NCBI RefSeq assembly: GCF_000020225.1
Contig: NC_010655.1
Coordinates: forward strand, 2,130,001-2,162,000
DNA length: 32,000 nucleotides
DNA from: Akkermansia muciniphila ATCC BAA-835
GTDB taxonomy: Bacteria > Verrucomicrobiota > Verrucomicrobiia > Verrucomicrobiales > Akkermansiaceae
Reading direction: 5' to 3'
Position numbers and translations under genes: made by a program. Under the pieces are notes generated by a model. That model had not been told where the DNA came from. It did not search any database and saw nothing but the letters and a program-made list of their open reading frames with translations. This document shows, in pieces, positions 1-6,729 of this stretch (position 1 is the stretch's first letter; each line of letters begins with the position of its first letter).

Positions 1-1158
1 TTTCCCGGAAAAGAATTCCATCAGGTCGTCCGCCGTATAAGTGAAATTCCGGGAAGCGGTATGGAAGGGAACCACCATATCCGGTTTCACCCGGTTGGGG
101 TATTCTTCAAAGGTAGGGTAGATGACCCCCATTTTCCCTTCCAGGCGGGACATGAGCGCCTTAATGAGTTCCGCCGCGCCGTTGCCGATGCAGATGTATT
201 CCTGGCTGATGCCGAAGTATTTTGCCGCCAGCAGGCTGTTGACTCTCATTCCGGACGGGTATTCCCTCACTAGGCGTTCAAAATTCGCCTTGAGTTCGGA
301 CATGAGGCGTTTGTTGGGGAAATAGGGATTGACCAGGTAACAGAAATCCCTGATGCGGGGATAGCGCCAGTAGCCTCCGTACCGGGATTCCATCAGGCGC
401 AGGTGTTCTTCCCTGTCCGGGGTGAATATGGAGGCTGCGATGTCCAGATCCTGGATGTCGTCTATTTCATACCATGCTTCGCCGCCGAGGCGCAGCGCCT
501 TGATTTCCGGCTTGTCCAGCAGGGCGATGACCCGCAGCACCTGTTCGTAATATTCATTATTGCCCAGGGCTTTGCTGTAGGCTGTAAGAAAGGGGACGTA
601 ATGGGTCCGGGAGAATTCCCTGCTGAATTTGTAAATATTGACTGTTTTAAAATATTCCGTCTTTTTCTTGTAGGAGAATTTGCTGCCGGGAATGAATTGC
701 CTGATGTTGTCGTCTTCATCCAGAGTGACGACCGTGCCGTCCATCCAGCTTTCAAATTTGGCGACGAGAGCAAGGCTGGGGTAGGGATGGCGGAGCAGGG
801 CATCAATAACGGAGTCTTCAAAAATCAGGTCGGATTCAAAGAGCAGCGTATCGTCCTGAAGCAGGTGTTCCTTGGCCAGGTACAGGGAATAAATATTGTT
901 GGTGCTGGCGTACAGGGGATTGTCCACATATTCCACAGGGGTGGAAATGTCCAGCTGGGAAAGGAAGGTTTTGAGTTTTTCCCCCTCATAACCCGTAACA
1001 ATCACGATTTTTTCCAGAGACGGGGAAAGGCGGTCCAATTGTCTCATCATGCGTTCTATCAGCGTCACTCCGTTGACCTGGATCATGCACTTGGTATTGT
1101 TCCGGGTGAGCGCTCCCAGTCTTTTTCCCATTCCGGCCGCTAAAATGATCGCCTGCAT
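1..1158 (-). CDS. LicC/PntC-type nucleotidyltransferase fused to a HisC/CobD-like class I/II PLP enzyme domain; the 3' end runs off the left edge of the window
   Basis: Absent from the ORF track because it has no in-window stop. My own reverse-strand translation from the ATG (complement of 1156-1158) reads MQAIILAAGMGKRLGALTRNNTKCMIQVNG, the GxGxRL NTP-transferase signature. It continues with NNIYSLYLAKE, VNIYKFS and AWYEIDDIQDL (LicC-like core). It then reads YLVNPYFP...EYICIGNGAAELIKAL (aminotransferase class I/II-like N-terminal region) and stays open to position 1 (...TYTADDLMEFFSGK). Confidence 0.75.
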   Translation of the reverse strand, partial: MQAIILAAGMGKRLGALTRNNTKCMIQVNGVTLIERMMRQLDRLSPSLEKIVIVTGYEGEKLKTFLSQLDISTPVEYVDNPLYASTNNIYSLYLAKEHLLQDDTLLFESDLIFEDSVIDALLRHPYPSLALVAKFESWMDGTVVTLDEDDNIRQFIPGSKFSYKKKTEYFKTVNIYKFSREFSRTHYVPFLTAYSKALGNNEYYEQVLRVIALLDKPEIKALRLGGEAWYEIDDIQDLDIAASIFTPDREEHLRLMESRYGGYWRYPRIRDFCYLVNPYFPNKRLMSELKANFERLVREYPSGMRVNSLLAAKYFGISQEYICIGNGAAELIKALMSRLEGKMGVIYPTFEEYPNRVKPDMVVPFHTASRNFTYTADDLMEFFSGK

Positions 1159-1205
1159 AAGTATTCTAATTTGTCTTCAGAACCTGAGAAAGAACCGGGA
1201 ACTAT

Positions 1206-1227
1206 GTTTAACGGATTGAGCATCCGC
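1206..1227. repeat. 22-bp site GTTTAACGGAT-TGAGC-ATCCGC; left copy of a flipped-core repeat pair (15-bp inverted-repeat arm at 1212-1226)
   Basis: Read directly from the sequence. CGGATTGAGCATCCG at 1212-1226 is the exact reverse complement of CGGATGCTCAATCCG at 1366-1380. The flanks GTTTAA (left) and C (right) are repeated in direct orientation. Confidence 0.9.
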
Positions 1228-1359
1228 CGTCAAAGTAAAAATTTCTGTAAGAATATGTTAATGGGATATTACCCGGGCGAAAAGAAAAAACCGCCTTTTA
1301 TGTTTCATCGCAATCCTTTTATTTTTCATTGATTTAACTTTGGACAGAATGGGAGAAAC

Positions 1360-1381
1360 GTTTAACGGATGCTCAATCCGC
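1360..1381. repeat. 22-bp site GTTTAACGGAT-GCTCA-ATCCGC; right copy of the flipped-core repeat pair (15-bp inverted-repeat arm at 1366-1380)
   Basis: Read directly from the sequence. It is identical to 1206-1227 except that the central 5 nt are reverse-complemented (TGAGC versus GCTCA). The arms are separated by 139 bp of AT-rich DNA (1227-1365). Confidence 0.9.
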
Positions 1382-1704
1382 TTGTTGCCAATACCGTGGA
1401 AAGGGAAGGATAAGGTCTGTCTGCATTTTGGAAAAAGCAGCGTTAATATCATGGAACGGGTGTTTTCTCCGAAAAGGATAATTTGTTTTTCATTGACTTG
1501 TAAAAAGTGGGGGATAAGGTTCTGATTCTGCCGGATGTGCTTTCCTGGAAAAATGAATCATATCCTGCGTGTTTTTGACCCAATTTATCTGCGATGAAGC
1601 TGCCATCATTCATTACCGCCGGAAGGACTGGAAAATTAGTAAGGGGAAAGCATTGGTGGGTGACGGAAGTCCGGTGCTGCGGCCTGAAAGTGCTTTCTTC
1701 CTGC

Positions 1705-1736
1705 ACGGATAGGAAAAAGCGTTTCATCCGTTTTTT
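1705..1736 (+). terminator. Intrinsic-terminator-like hairpin plus T6 tract inside the leader of the LicD-family gene (candidate attenuator or expression platform)
   Basis: ACGGAT (1705-1710) pairs with ATCCGT (1726-1731). An inner helix extends it (G8-C, G.U, A-U, A-U). The hairpin is followed immediately by a TTTTTT run ending at 1736, about 90 nt upstream of the ATG at 1828. Confidence 0.5.
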
Positions 1737-1827
1737 CGGTATTCCATGCGGACGGTTCAAGGTGGGCCGGGAAGGTGAAGCCTCCCAATTGGGCAAACTG
1801 GTAAAAGCTACCGTTCGGGCCGAGGAG

Positions 1828-2610
1828 ATGCCCCAGGCGTCCGGAGTGCTGAGGATTGTGCAGCAGGCCATGACCTGTTTTTTGAATGAAGTGGCCGGAA
1901 TTCTTGAGGAGGGCGGTTATCCGTACTGGCTTGATTTCGGGACGCTGCTGGGCGCGGTGCGGCACCGGGGCTTTATCCCCTGGGATGACGACCTGGATAT
2001 TTCCATGCTGCGTGAAGATTATGAAAGGTTGAGGGCGAACGCCGCCGGGCTTTTCGGTTCGCGCGGTTTCTCCGTCAGTATGGATCCGTTCATCCAGATA
2101 GGGTTGCCGGGCACGTTGTGCAATGTGGACATTTTCCCGTATGACACGGCCCCTGCCGCGTGGTCTCCGGATGCTCCTGAAGAAAGGGAGTGGCTGCTGC
2201 GCGGTTACAAGGCATCCGGAATGCTTGATTATGAGGCAGATTCCTCCTGCCGCTACCGGACGCGGTGTTCTTATGAGGAAAAGATGGCGATCCGGGACCG
2301 GGTGGTGATGGGAGGACGGCGGCCGGCGGATGGAGGAAACATTTTCCTGGGATTTGAGATTCCTTTTGCCGGCCCGTGCCGCCATTCCTTCCGCCATGAA
2401 TGGCTGTTTCCGCTTTCCCGCGTTCGGTTTGAGGGGAGGGATTTCCCGGCCCCCAGGATTCCTGAAATGGTGTTGTACGGCCAGTACGGGGACTGGGGAG
2501 TGCTGCCGGATTCTCCCCCTGTGCATTTTGATTTGAACCACATTTCCAAGGAGGTTCTGGCCAGGATGATGTACATGCGTGATACGGGGCGCCTTCCCGG
2601 GCGCGATTAA
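1828..2610 (+). CDS. licD: LicD-family phosphotransferase (transfers phosphocholine or another phospho-headgroup from a CDP/CMP-activated donor to a glycan)
   Basis: ORF 1594..2610 contains LDFGTLLGAVRHRGFIPWDDDLDISMLREDYERL, the LicD/fukutin-type signature. Starting at ATG 1828 leaves about 36 aa before GTLLGAVRH and gives a LicD-typical length of about 260 aa. In-frame alternatives are TTG 1789, GTG 1762 and ATG 1594. The 1594 start would read through a terminator-like hairpin and gives an implausible N-terminus. Confidence 0.8.
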   Translation: MPQASGVLRIVQQAMTCFLNEVAGILEEGGYPYWLDFGTLLGAVRHRGFIPWDDDLDISMLREDYERLRANAAGLFGSRGFSVSMDPFIQIGLPGTLCNVDIFPYDTAPAAWSPDAPEEREWLLRGYKASGMLDYEADSSCRYRTRCSYEEKMAIRDRVVMGGRRPADGGNIFLGFEIPFAGPCRHSFRHEWLFPLSRVRFEGRDFPAPRIPEMVLYGQYGDWGVLPDSPPVHFDLNHISKEVLARMMYMRDTGRLPGRD

Positions 2611-2695
2611 AGGGCCGCGCCCTTTTCTTCCCCCGCAGGGAGAAGCCCTTCTTTCTTCCTTGACCCTGCTGATTGAGGAGGGGTATCATCAGATA

Positions 2696-4732
2696 ATGAG
2701 AAGACCCCCGATACCCGGCTTGGTGATGGCGGACGGATGGCTCCAGCCGTATTCCCGCCAGATACGCGACCGCCAGCGTCTGTTTGACCTGAAAATGAAG
2801 AGGATCAATCAGCGCGCCGGCTCTCTGGAGGAATACGCGCGCGGATACCGCTATTACGGTTTCAACAGAGACGCGGAGACGGGGGCGTGGACATACCGGG
2901 AATGGGCTCCCGCCGCCCGCAGGGTGTCCCTGATTGGGGATTTTAACGGCTGGAACCGGGAGAGCCACCCGCTGGAGCGGAATGAGCGCGGCGTGTGGGA
3001 AATTACGCTGCCGCCTGATGCGCTGGCCCACGGGCAGAAGGTGAAGGTGCACGTGGTCGGTGCGGACGGCACGGGCAGAGATCGCATTCCCGCATGGATT
3101 ACCAGGACCGTCCAGGATCCGACCACTTATGATTTTGCCGGGGAGATCTGGATGCCGGAACACCCCTATGAATGGCGGAATAACGGTTTTGATCCCTCCC
3201 GGGTGGAAGTTCCGTTCGTGTATGAAGCGCATGTAGGCATGGGCGGGGAAGAAGGGCGCGTGCATACGTACCGCGAGTTTGCGGACGAGGTTCTCCCCCG
3301 GATCGCCAGGCTGGGTTACAATACCGTCCAGCTGATGGCGATCCAGGAGCACCCCTATTACGGTTCCTTCGGCTACCACGTTTCTTCCTTTTTCGCCCCT
3401 TCCTCCCGTTTCGGCGAGCCGGAGGACCTGAAGTACCTGATAGACCAGGCGCACGGCCTGGGCATCGCCGTGCTGCTGGACGTGGTGCATTCCCACGCCG
3501 TGAAGAACGAGGCGGAAGGGCTGAACAATTTTGACGGTTCCGGAGGCATGTATTTCCTGCCCGGGGAGCGCGGCCGCCATCCGGACTGGGATTCCTGTTG
3601 TTTTGATTATGGCCGGGACGAGGTGATTGAATTCCTCCTGTCCAATGTCCGCTGGTGGCTGGAAGAGTTCCGTTTTGACGGCTTCCGTTTTGACGGCGTG
3701 ACATCTATGCTGTATTTCCACCGCGGGCATGAGCCGTTCGGGGATTTGGGCGCCTACTTCGGCTCTTCCGTGGATCTGGATGCCGTGGCTTATCTGCAGC
3801 TGGCCGCCACGCTGATTCAGCGGGTGAAGCCGGGCGCCATAGCGATTGCTGAGGACATGTCCGGCATGCCGGGATTGTGCCGCCCGGTGGACGAAGGGGG
3901 GATTGGTTTTTCCCACCGTCTGGCCATGGGCATTCCCGATTACTGGATTAAGCTGCTCAAGGAGAAAAAGGATGAGGAATGGAGCATGGGCGATATGTGG
4001 CACACGCTGACCAACAGGCGCTACGGCGAGCCGCATGTGGCCTATTGCGAGAGCCATGACCAGGCCCTGGTGGGGGACAAGACTCTGGCGTTCCGCCTGA
4101 TGGATGCGGAAATGTACTGGAAAATGGCCGTGGACCAGCAGAGCCTCATTATTGACCGCGGCATGGCGCTGCACAAGATGATCCGCCTGGTGACGTTGGC
4201 TACCGGGGGGGAAGGCTGGCTGAATTTCATGGGCAACGAATTCGGGCATCCGGAATGGATTGATTTTCCGCGCGAAGGCAACGGCTGGTCTTACGAATAC
4301 TGCCGCCGCCAGTGGTCCCTGGTGGACAATCCTTCCCTCAGGTTCAAGTTCCTGAATGCCTTTGACCAGGCGATGGTCCGCCTGGCGCAGGAAGCCCGCC
4401 TGCTGAATAATCCGCCGCCTTTCCCGCTTAATATTGACGAGACCAACCATGTCATGGCATTCCACCGCGGCGGTCTGTTGTTTGTGTTCAACTGGTCCGG
4501 AGACAGGGCTATCATGGATTACATGCTGCCCGTTCCCCAGAAGGGGGAATGGCGGGTAGTGCTGGATACGGACAACGCCCGTTTCGGCGGTTTCGGGAGG
4601 CAGGATGTTTCCATGCCGCATTTTACGGATGGGGAGGGGAATCTTTCCCTGTACCTGCTGCCGCGTACGGCCCTGGTCCTGAAGAGGGTAGGTTCCGCCG
4701 TCATGGCCCGCCACCCGGGGCGGGAGGATTAG
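2696..4732 (+). CDS. glgB: 1,4-alpha-glucan (glycogen) branching enzyme, GH13, eukaryote-like GBE type
   Basis: All four GH13 conserved regions are present: LLDVVHSH, GFRFDGVTSM, NFMGNEFGHPEW and YCESHDQALVGDK. The N-terminus (DGWLQPY...YRYYGF...YREWAP...GDFNGWN) resembles GBE1-type enzymes. I chose ATG 2696, preceded by GAGGAGG at 2675-2681, over the track start 2579, which overlaps licD. ATG 2726 is also possible. Confidence 0.92.
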   Translation: MRRPPIPGLVMADGWLQPYSRQIRDRQRLFDLKMKRINQRAGSLEEYARGYRYYGFNRDAETGAWTYREWAPAARRVSLIGDFNGWNRESHPLERNERGVWEITLPPDALAHGQKVKVHVVGADGTGRDRIPAWITRTVQDPTTYDFAGEIWMPEHPYEWRNNGFDPSRVEVPFVYEAHVGMGGEEGRVHTYREFADEVLPRIARLGYNTVQLMAIQEHPYYGSFGYHVSSFFAPSSRFGEPEDLKYLIDQAHGLGIAVLLDVVHSHAVKNEAEGLNNFDGSGGMYFLPGERGRHPDWDSCCFDYGRDEVIEFLLSNVRWWLEEFRFDGFRFDGVTSMLYFHRGHEPFGDLGAYFGSSVDLDAVAYLQLAATLIQRVKPGAIAIAEDMSGMPGLCRPVDEGGIGFSHRLAMGIPDYWIKLLKEKKDEEWSMGDMWHTLTNRRYGEPHVAYCESHDQALVGDKTLAFRLMDAEMYWKMAVDQQSLIIDRGMALHKMIRLVTLATGGEGWLNFMGNEFGHPEWIDFPREGNGWSYEYCRRQWSLVDNPSLRFKFLNAFDQAMVRLAQEARLLNNPPPFPLNIDETNHVMAFHRGGLLFVFNWSGDRAIMDYMLPVPQKGEWRVVLDTDNARFGGFGRQDVSMPHFTDGEGNLSLYLLPRTALVLKRVGSAVMARHPGRED

Positions 4733-4742
4733 CGTGCAATTC

Positions 4743-4769
4743 CAAAAACGGACGGTTTACTTATCCGTT
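4743..4769 (-). terminator. Weak terminator-like hairpin in the convergent gap between glgB and the PEGA lipoprotein gene
   Basis: AACGGA (4747-4752) pairs with TCCGTT (4764-4769) around an 11-nt loop. On the minus strand it is followed by a short T run (A run 4744-4748 on the plus strand). Confidence 0.3.
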
Positions 4770-4857
4770 CGTGAAAGGGAGCGTAGTGCGGGGCTGCGTA
4801 CGGAACGCGGGATGGATATGCGCTGTTACTCCCGGAAAGTGTCCGGACGGCAGGCTG

Positions 4858-5238
4858 TTACCACTGCGCGGGAAGTTCCCGCAAGGGGGGCGCTCCTGAG
4901 TCCGCCTTTTTCAGGCGGATGGTCAGGATGTCTGTTTTAAAGTCTTTGGACTTCTCGTTGTTGCGGCCCCACAAAATGGCACCTTGCGTGGTCATTTCCG
5001 GATAAAACGTTTTTTCCGTGGAAAGGAAGCCCGGTTTATCCGCCGCAACATGCACGGGCTTGTGCCTGTTCAGGGAGAGCGTGACGGGTGCCTGGCCGGC
5101 GTAGTCTCCGTTTACTCGCAGGCTGGCTCCAGAAGGAATGCTGCGGATGGTGATGTCCCGGGAAGAACTGCTGCATGAGAGGCTTGCGCCGCAGAATGCG
5201 GAGAGCAGGAGAAGATGCGGGAAAAGGCCGTGAGTCAT
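4858..5238 (-). CDS. Small PEGA-domain lipoprotein
   Basis: I used the internal ATG at 5238 of ORF 4858..5523, because the upstream part overlaps sufE in another frame. The N-terminus MTHGLFPHLLLLSAFCGASLSCSS is signal/lipobox-like. It is followed by ITIRSIPSGASLRVNGDYAGQAPVTLSL...AADKPGF, a PEGA-domain pattern. Confidence 0.65.
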   Translation of the reverse strand: MTHGLFPHLLLLSAFCGASLSCSSSSRDITIRSIPSGASLRVNGDYAGQAPVTLSLNRHKPVHVAADKPGFLSTEKTFYPEMTTQGAILWGRNNEKSKDFKTDILTIRLKKADSGAPPLRELPAQW

Positions 5239-5252
5239 TGCTCTGGAAAAAA

Positions 5253-5672
5253 TCAATGGTGTTCCGCCATTTTCATGGCGGCCTGCTTGATCTGGGCCGC
5301 CATGGAGTTGAGGGCGTTCGCCCTGGTGGGCGCCAGGTGGTCCTTCAGGCCGGTTTTGTCCAGCTTGGACATGTCCGCCTTCAGAATTTCTTCCGGAGGC
5401 AGGCCGGAAAGCAGCCGGATGAAGACGGCAATGAGGCCCTTGGTGATGAGGGAATCGCTGTCTGCGTACAGTTTCAGTACGCCGTTGTCCGGTTCCGTGT
5501 GAAGCCATACGCGGGATTGGCATCCCTTGATGAGGGAGTTCTCCGTTTTGTAAGCTTCATCCAGCCTGGGCAATTTTTTACCCAGGCTGATGATGTATTC
5601 GTAGCGTTCCGTCCAGTCCTGGAACAAATCCAGTTCATCCAGCAGGTCTTGCAGGCGTTCTTCGTAGTTCAT
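5253..5672 (-). CDS. sufE: SufE-family cysteine desulfuration (sulfur acceptor) protein
   Basis: 139 aa. It contains ...WTERYEYIISLGKKLP...LIKGCQSRVWL... with the conserved acceptor Cys in the GCxSxVW context. Size and layout are typical of SufE/CsdE. Confidence 0.85.
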   Translation of the reverse strand: MNYEERLQDLLDELDLFQDWTERYEYIISLGKKLPRLDEAYKTENSLIKGCQSRVWLHTEPDNGVLKLYADSDSLITKGLIAVFIRLLSGLPPEEILKADMSKLDKTGLKDHLAPTRANALNSMAAQIKQAAMKMAEHH

Positions 5673-5705
5673 GGCTCGGAGATTGGGTAGGATGGGCCGG
5701 GCGGG

Positions 5706-6623
5706 TTATCCCCGGCGGGCGTCTGCAAGCGTGGCGAGCACGGCTTTCTGGGCATGCACCCTGTTTTCCGCTTCCCGGAAGATAACGGGAGCAAAATGTT
5801 CCAGCACGTCTTCCGTGATTTCCTTGCCGCGGTAGGCGGGCAGGCAGTGGAAAACGGAGTGGCCGGAGGCGGCATGTTCCAGCAGCTCCCTGTTCACCTG
5901 GTAGGGGTAGAAGTGTTTTTCCTTGGACAGTCCTTCCGATTCCTGGCCCATGGAAAGCCAGACATCCGTGTTGATGACGGAAGCTCCCTTGACGGCTTCC
6001 ACGGGGTCCGTGGTGAAGATGACGTTCTCGCAGTCCAGATGCCTGCGGAAGTCTTCCAGGGGAAGGTAATTGGTAGGGGCTCCGATGGCGAGCGTAAAGC
6101 CCAGCCTCTTGGCCGCCCACATCCAAGAGCGGGACATGTTGTTGTCCCCGTCCCCCACGAAGGCGATTTTCATATCCTTCCAGGAACCGGGGCCGTAGAT
6201 TTCCTCAATGGTAAGCAGGTCCGCCAGGATCTGGCAGGGGTGCTCCTCGTCCGTCAGGGCATTGATGGTGGGAATGCCGGAAAAGCTGGCGAATTCCTCC
6301 ACCTCCTGCTGTCCGTAAGTCCGGATGGCGGCGCCGTGGATCATACGTCCCAGCACGCGGGCCGTATCCTTGATGGGCTCTCCACGCCCGAGCTGGATGT
6401 CATGGACGGAAAGGAACATGGGACGGCCCCCCAGTTCACTGATGCCCACTTCAAAGGAAACGCGGGTGCGGGTGGAGGATTTGGAAAAGATGAGCGCCCA
6501 GGTCTGCCCCTTCAGGGGAAGGCGTTCGTGATGGCCGCGTTCCGCCTTAAGCCGGTGGCCCAGGGCGAGCAGGTCCCGGATTTCGTCTCCGGTAAGCTGT
6601 TCGATGGAAAGGAGGTTGTTCAT
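5706..6623 (-). CDS. argF: Ornithine carbamoyltransferase
   Basis: Carries STRTR (carbamoyl-phosphate site), HPCQ, DVWLSMG (ornithine site) and HCLPAYRG. The start is set at ATG 6623 (MNNLLSIEQL...) rather than the track start 6662. Confidence 0.92.
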   Translation of the reverse strand: MNNLLSIEQLTGDEIRDLLALGHRLKAERGHHERLPLKGQTWALIFSKSSTRTRVSFEVGISELGGRPMFLSVHDIQLGRGEPIKDTARVLGRMIHGAAIRTYGQQEVEEFASFSGIPTINALTDEEHPCQILADLLTIEEIYGPGSWKDMKIAFVGDGDNNMSRSWMWAAKRLGFTLAIGAPTNYLPLEDFRRHLDCENVIFTTDPVEAVKGASVINTDVWLSMGQESEGLSKEKHFYPYQVNRELLEHAASGHSVFHCLPAYRGKEITEDVLEHFAPVIFREAENRVHAQKAVLATLADARRG

Positions 6624-6729
6624 GGTTTTTGAAAGGGAATAAAAACGGGAAAGCCGCACCATACTCCCTGTTTTCTTAAAAGAAAAGGGAATAATGCGGC
6701 TTTCCAGGGAGGGATGGAGATGCCTTTAC

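Noticed and set aside
1322-1498. Direct repeat TTTTTCATTGA(T/C)TT at about 1322-1336 and about 1484-1498
   Set aside because: An 11-nt match within very AT-rich sequence is roughly what chance would give for a region this size. It may reflect similar -35 (TTGA) contexts but cannot be supported as a repeat element.
1380-1700. Superficial resemblance to cobalamin-riboswitch elements (AAGGGGAAAGCATTGGTG, GGTGGGTGACGGAAGTC, GTGGAAAGGGAAGG) and to the SRP-RNA GGAAG/CCGG region
   Set aside because: The pieces are in the wrong order and spacing. No B12 box or GCCACTG-type element is present, nor a 4.5S domain IV motif. I cannot assign a known RNA family by eye, and a cmscan would be decisive.
1594-1827. 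N-terminal 78-codon extension of the LicD ORF (MKLPSFITAGRTGKLVRGKHWWVTEVRCCG...)
   Set aside because: It would make LicD about 80 aa longer than typical and has an odd W/C/R-rich composition. It also reads straight through a hairpin plus T6 terminator-like element. I treat it as leader RNA, but this needs comparative confirmation.
2090-4714. 874-aa ORF on the minus strand spanning the whole branching-enzyme gene
   Set aside because: It is antisense to a gene carrying all four GH13 catalytic regions. Its translation is Arg/Gly/Pro/His-rich with no motifs, which is the typical stop-depleted antisense frame of GC-rich coding DNA.
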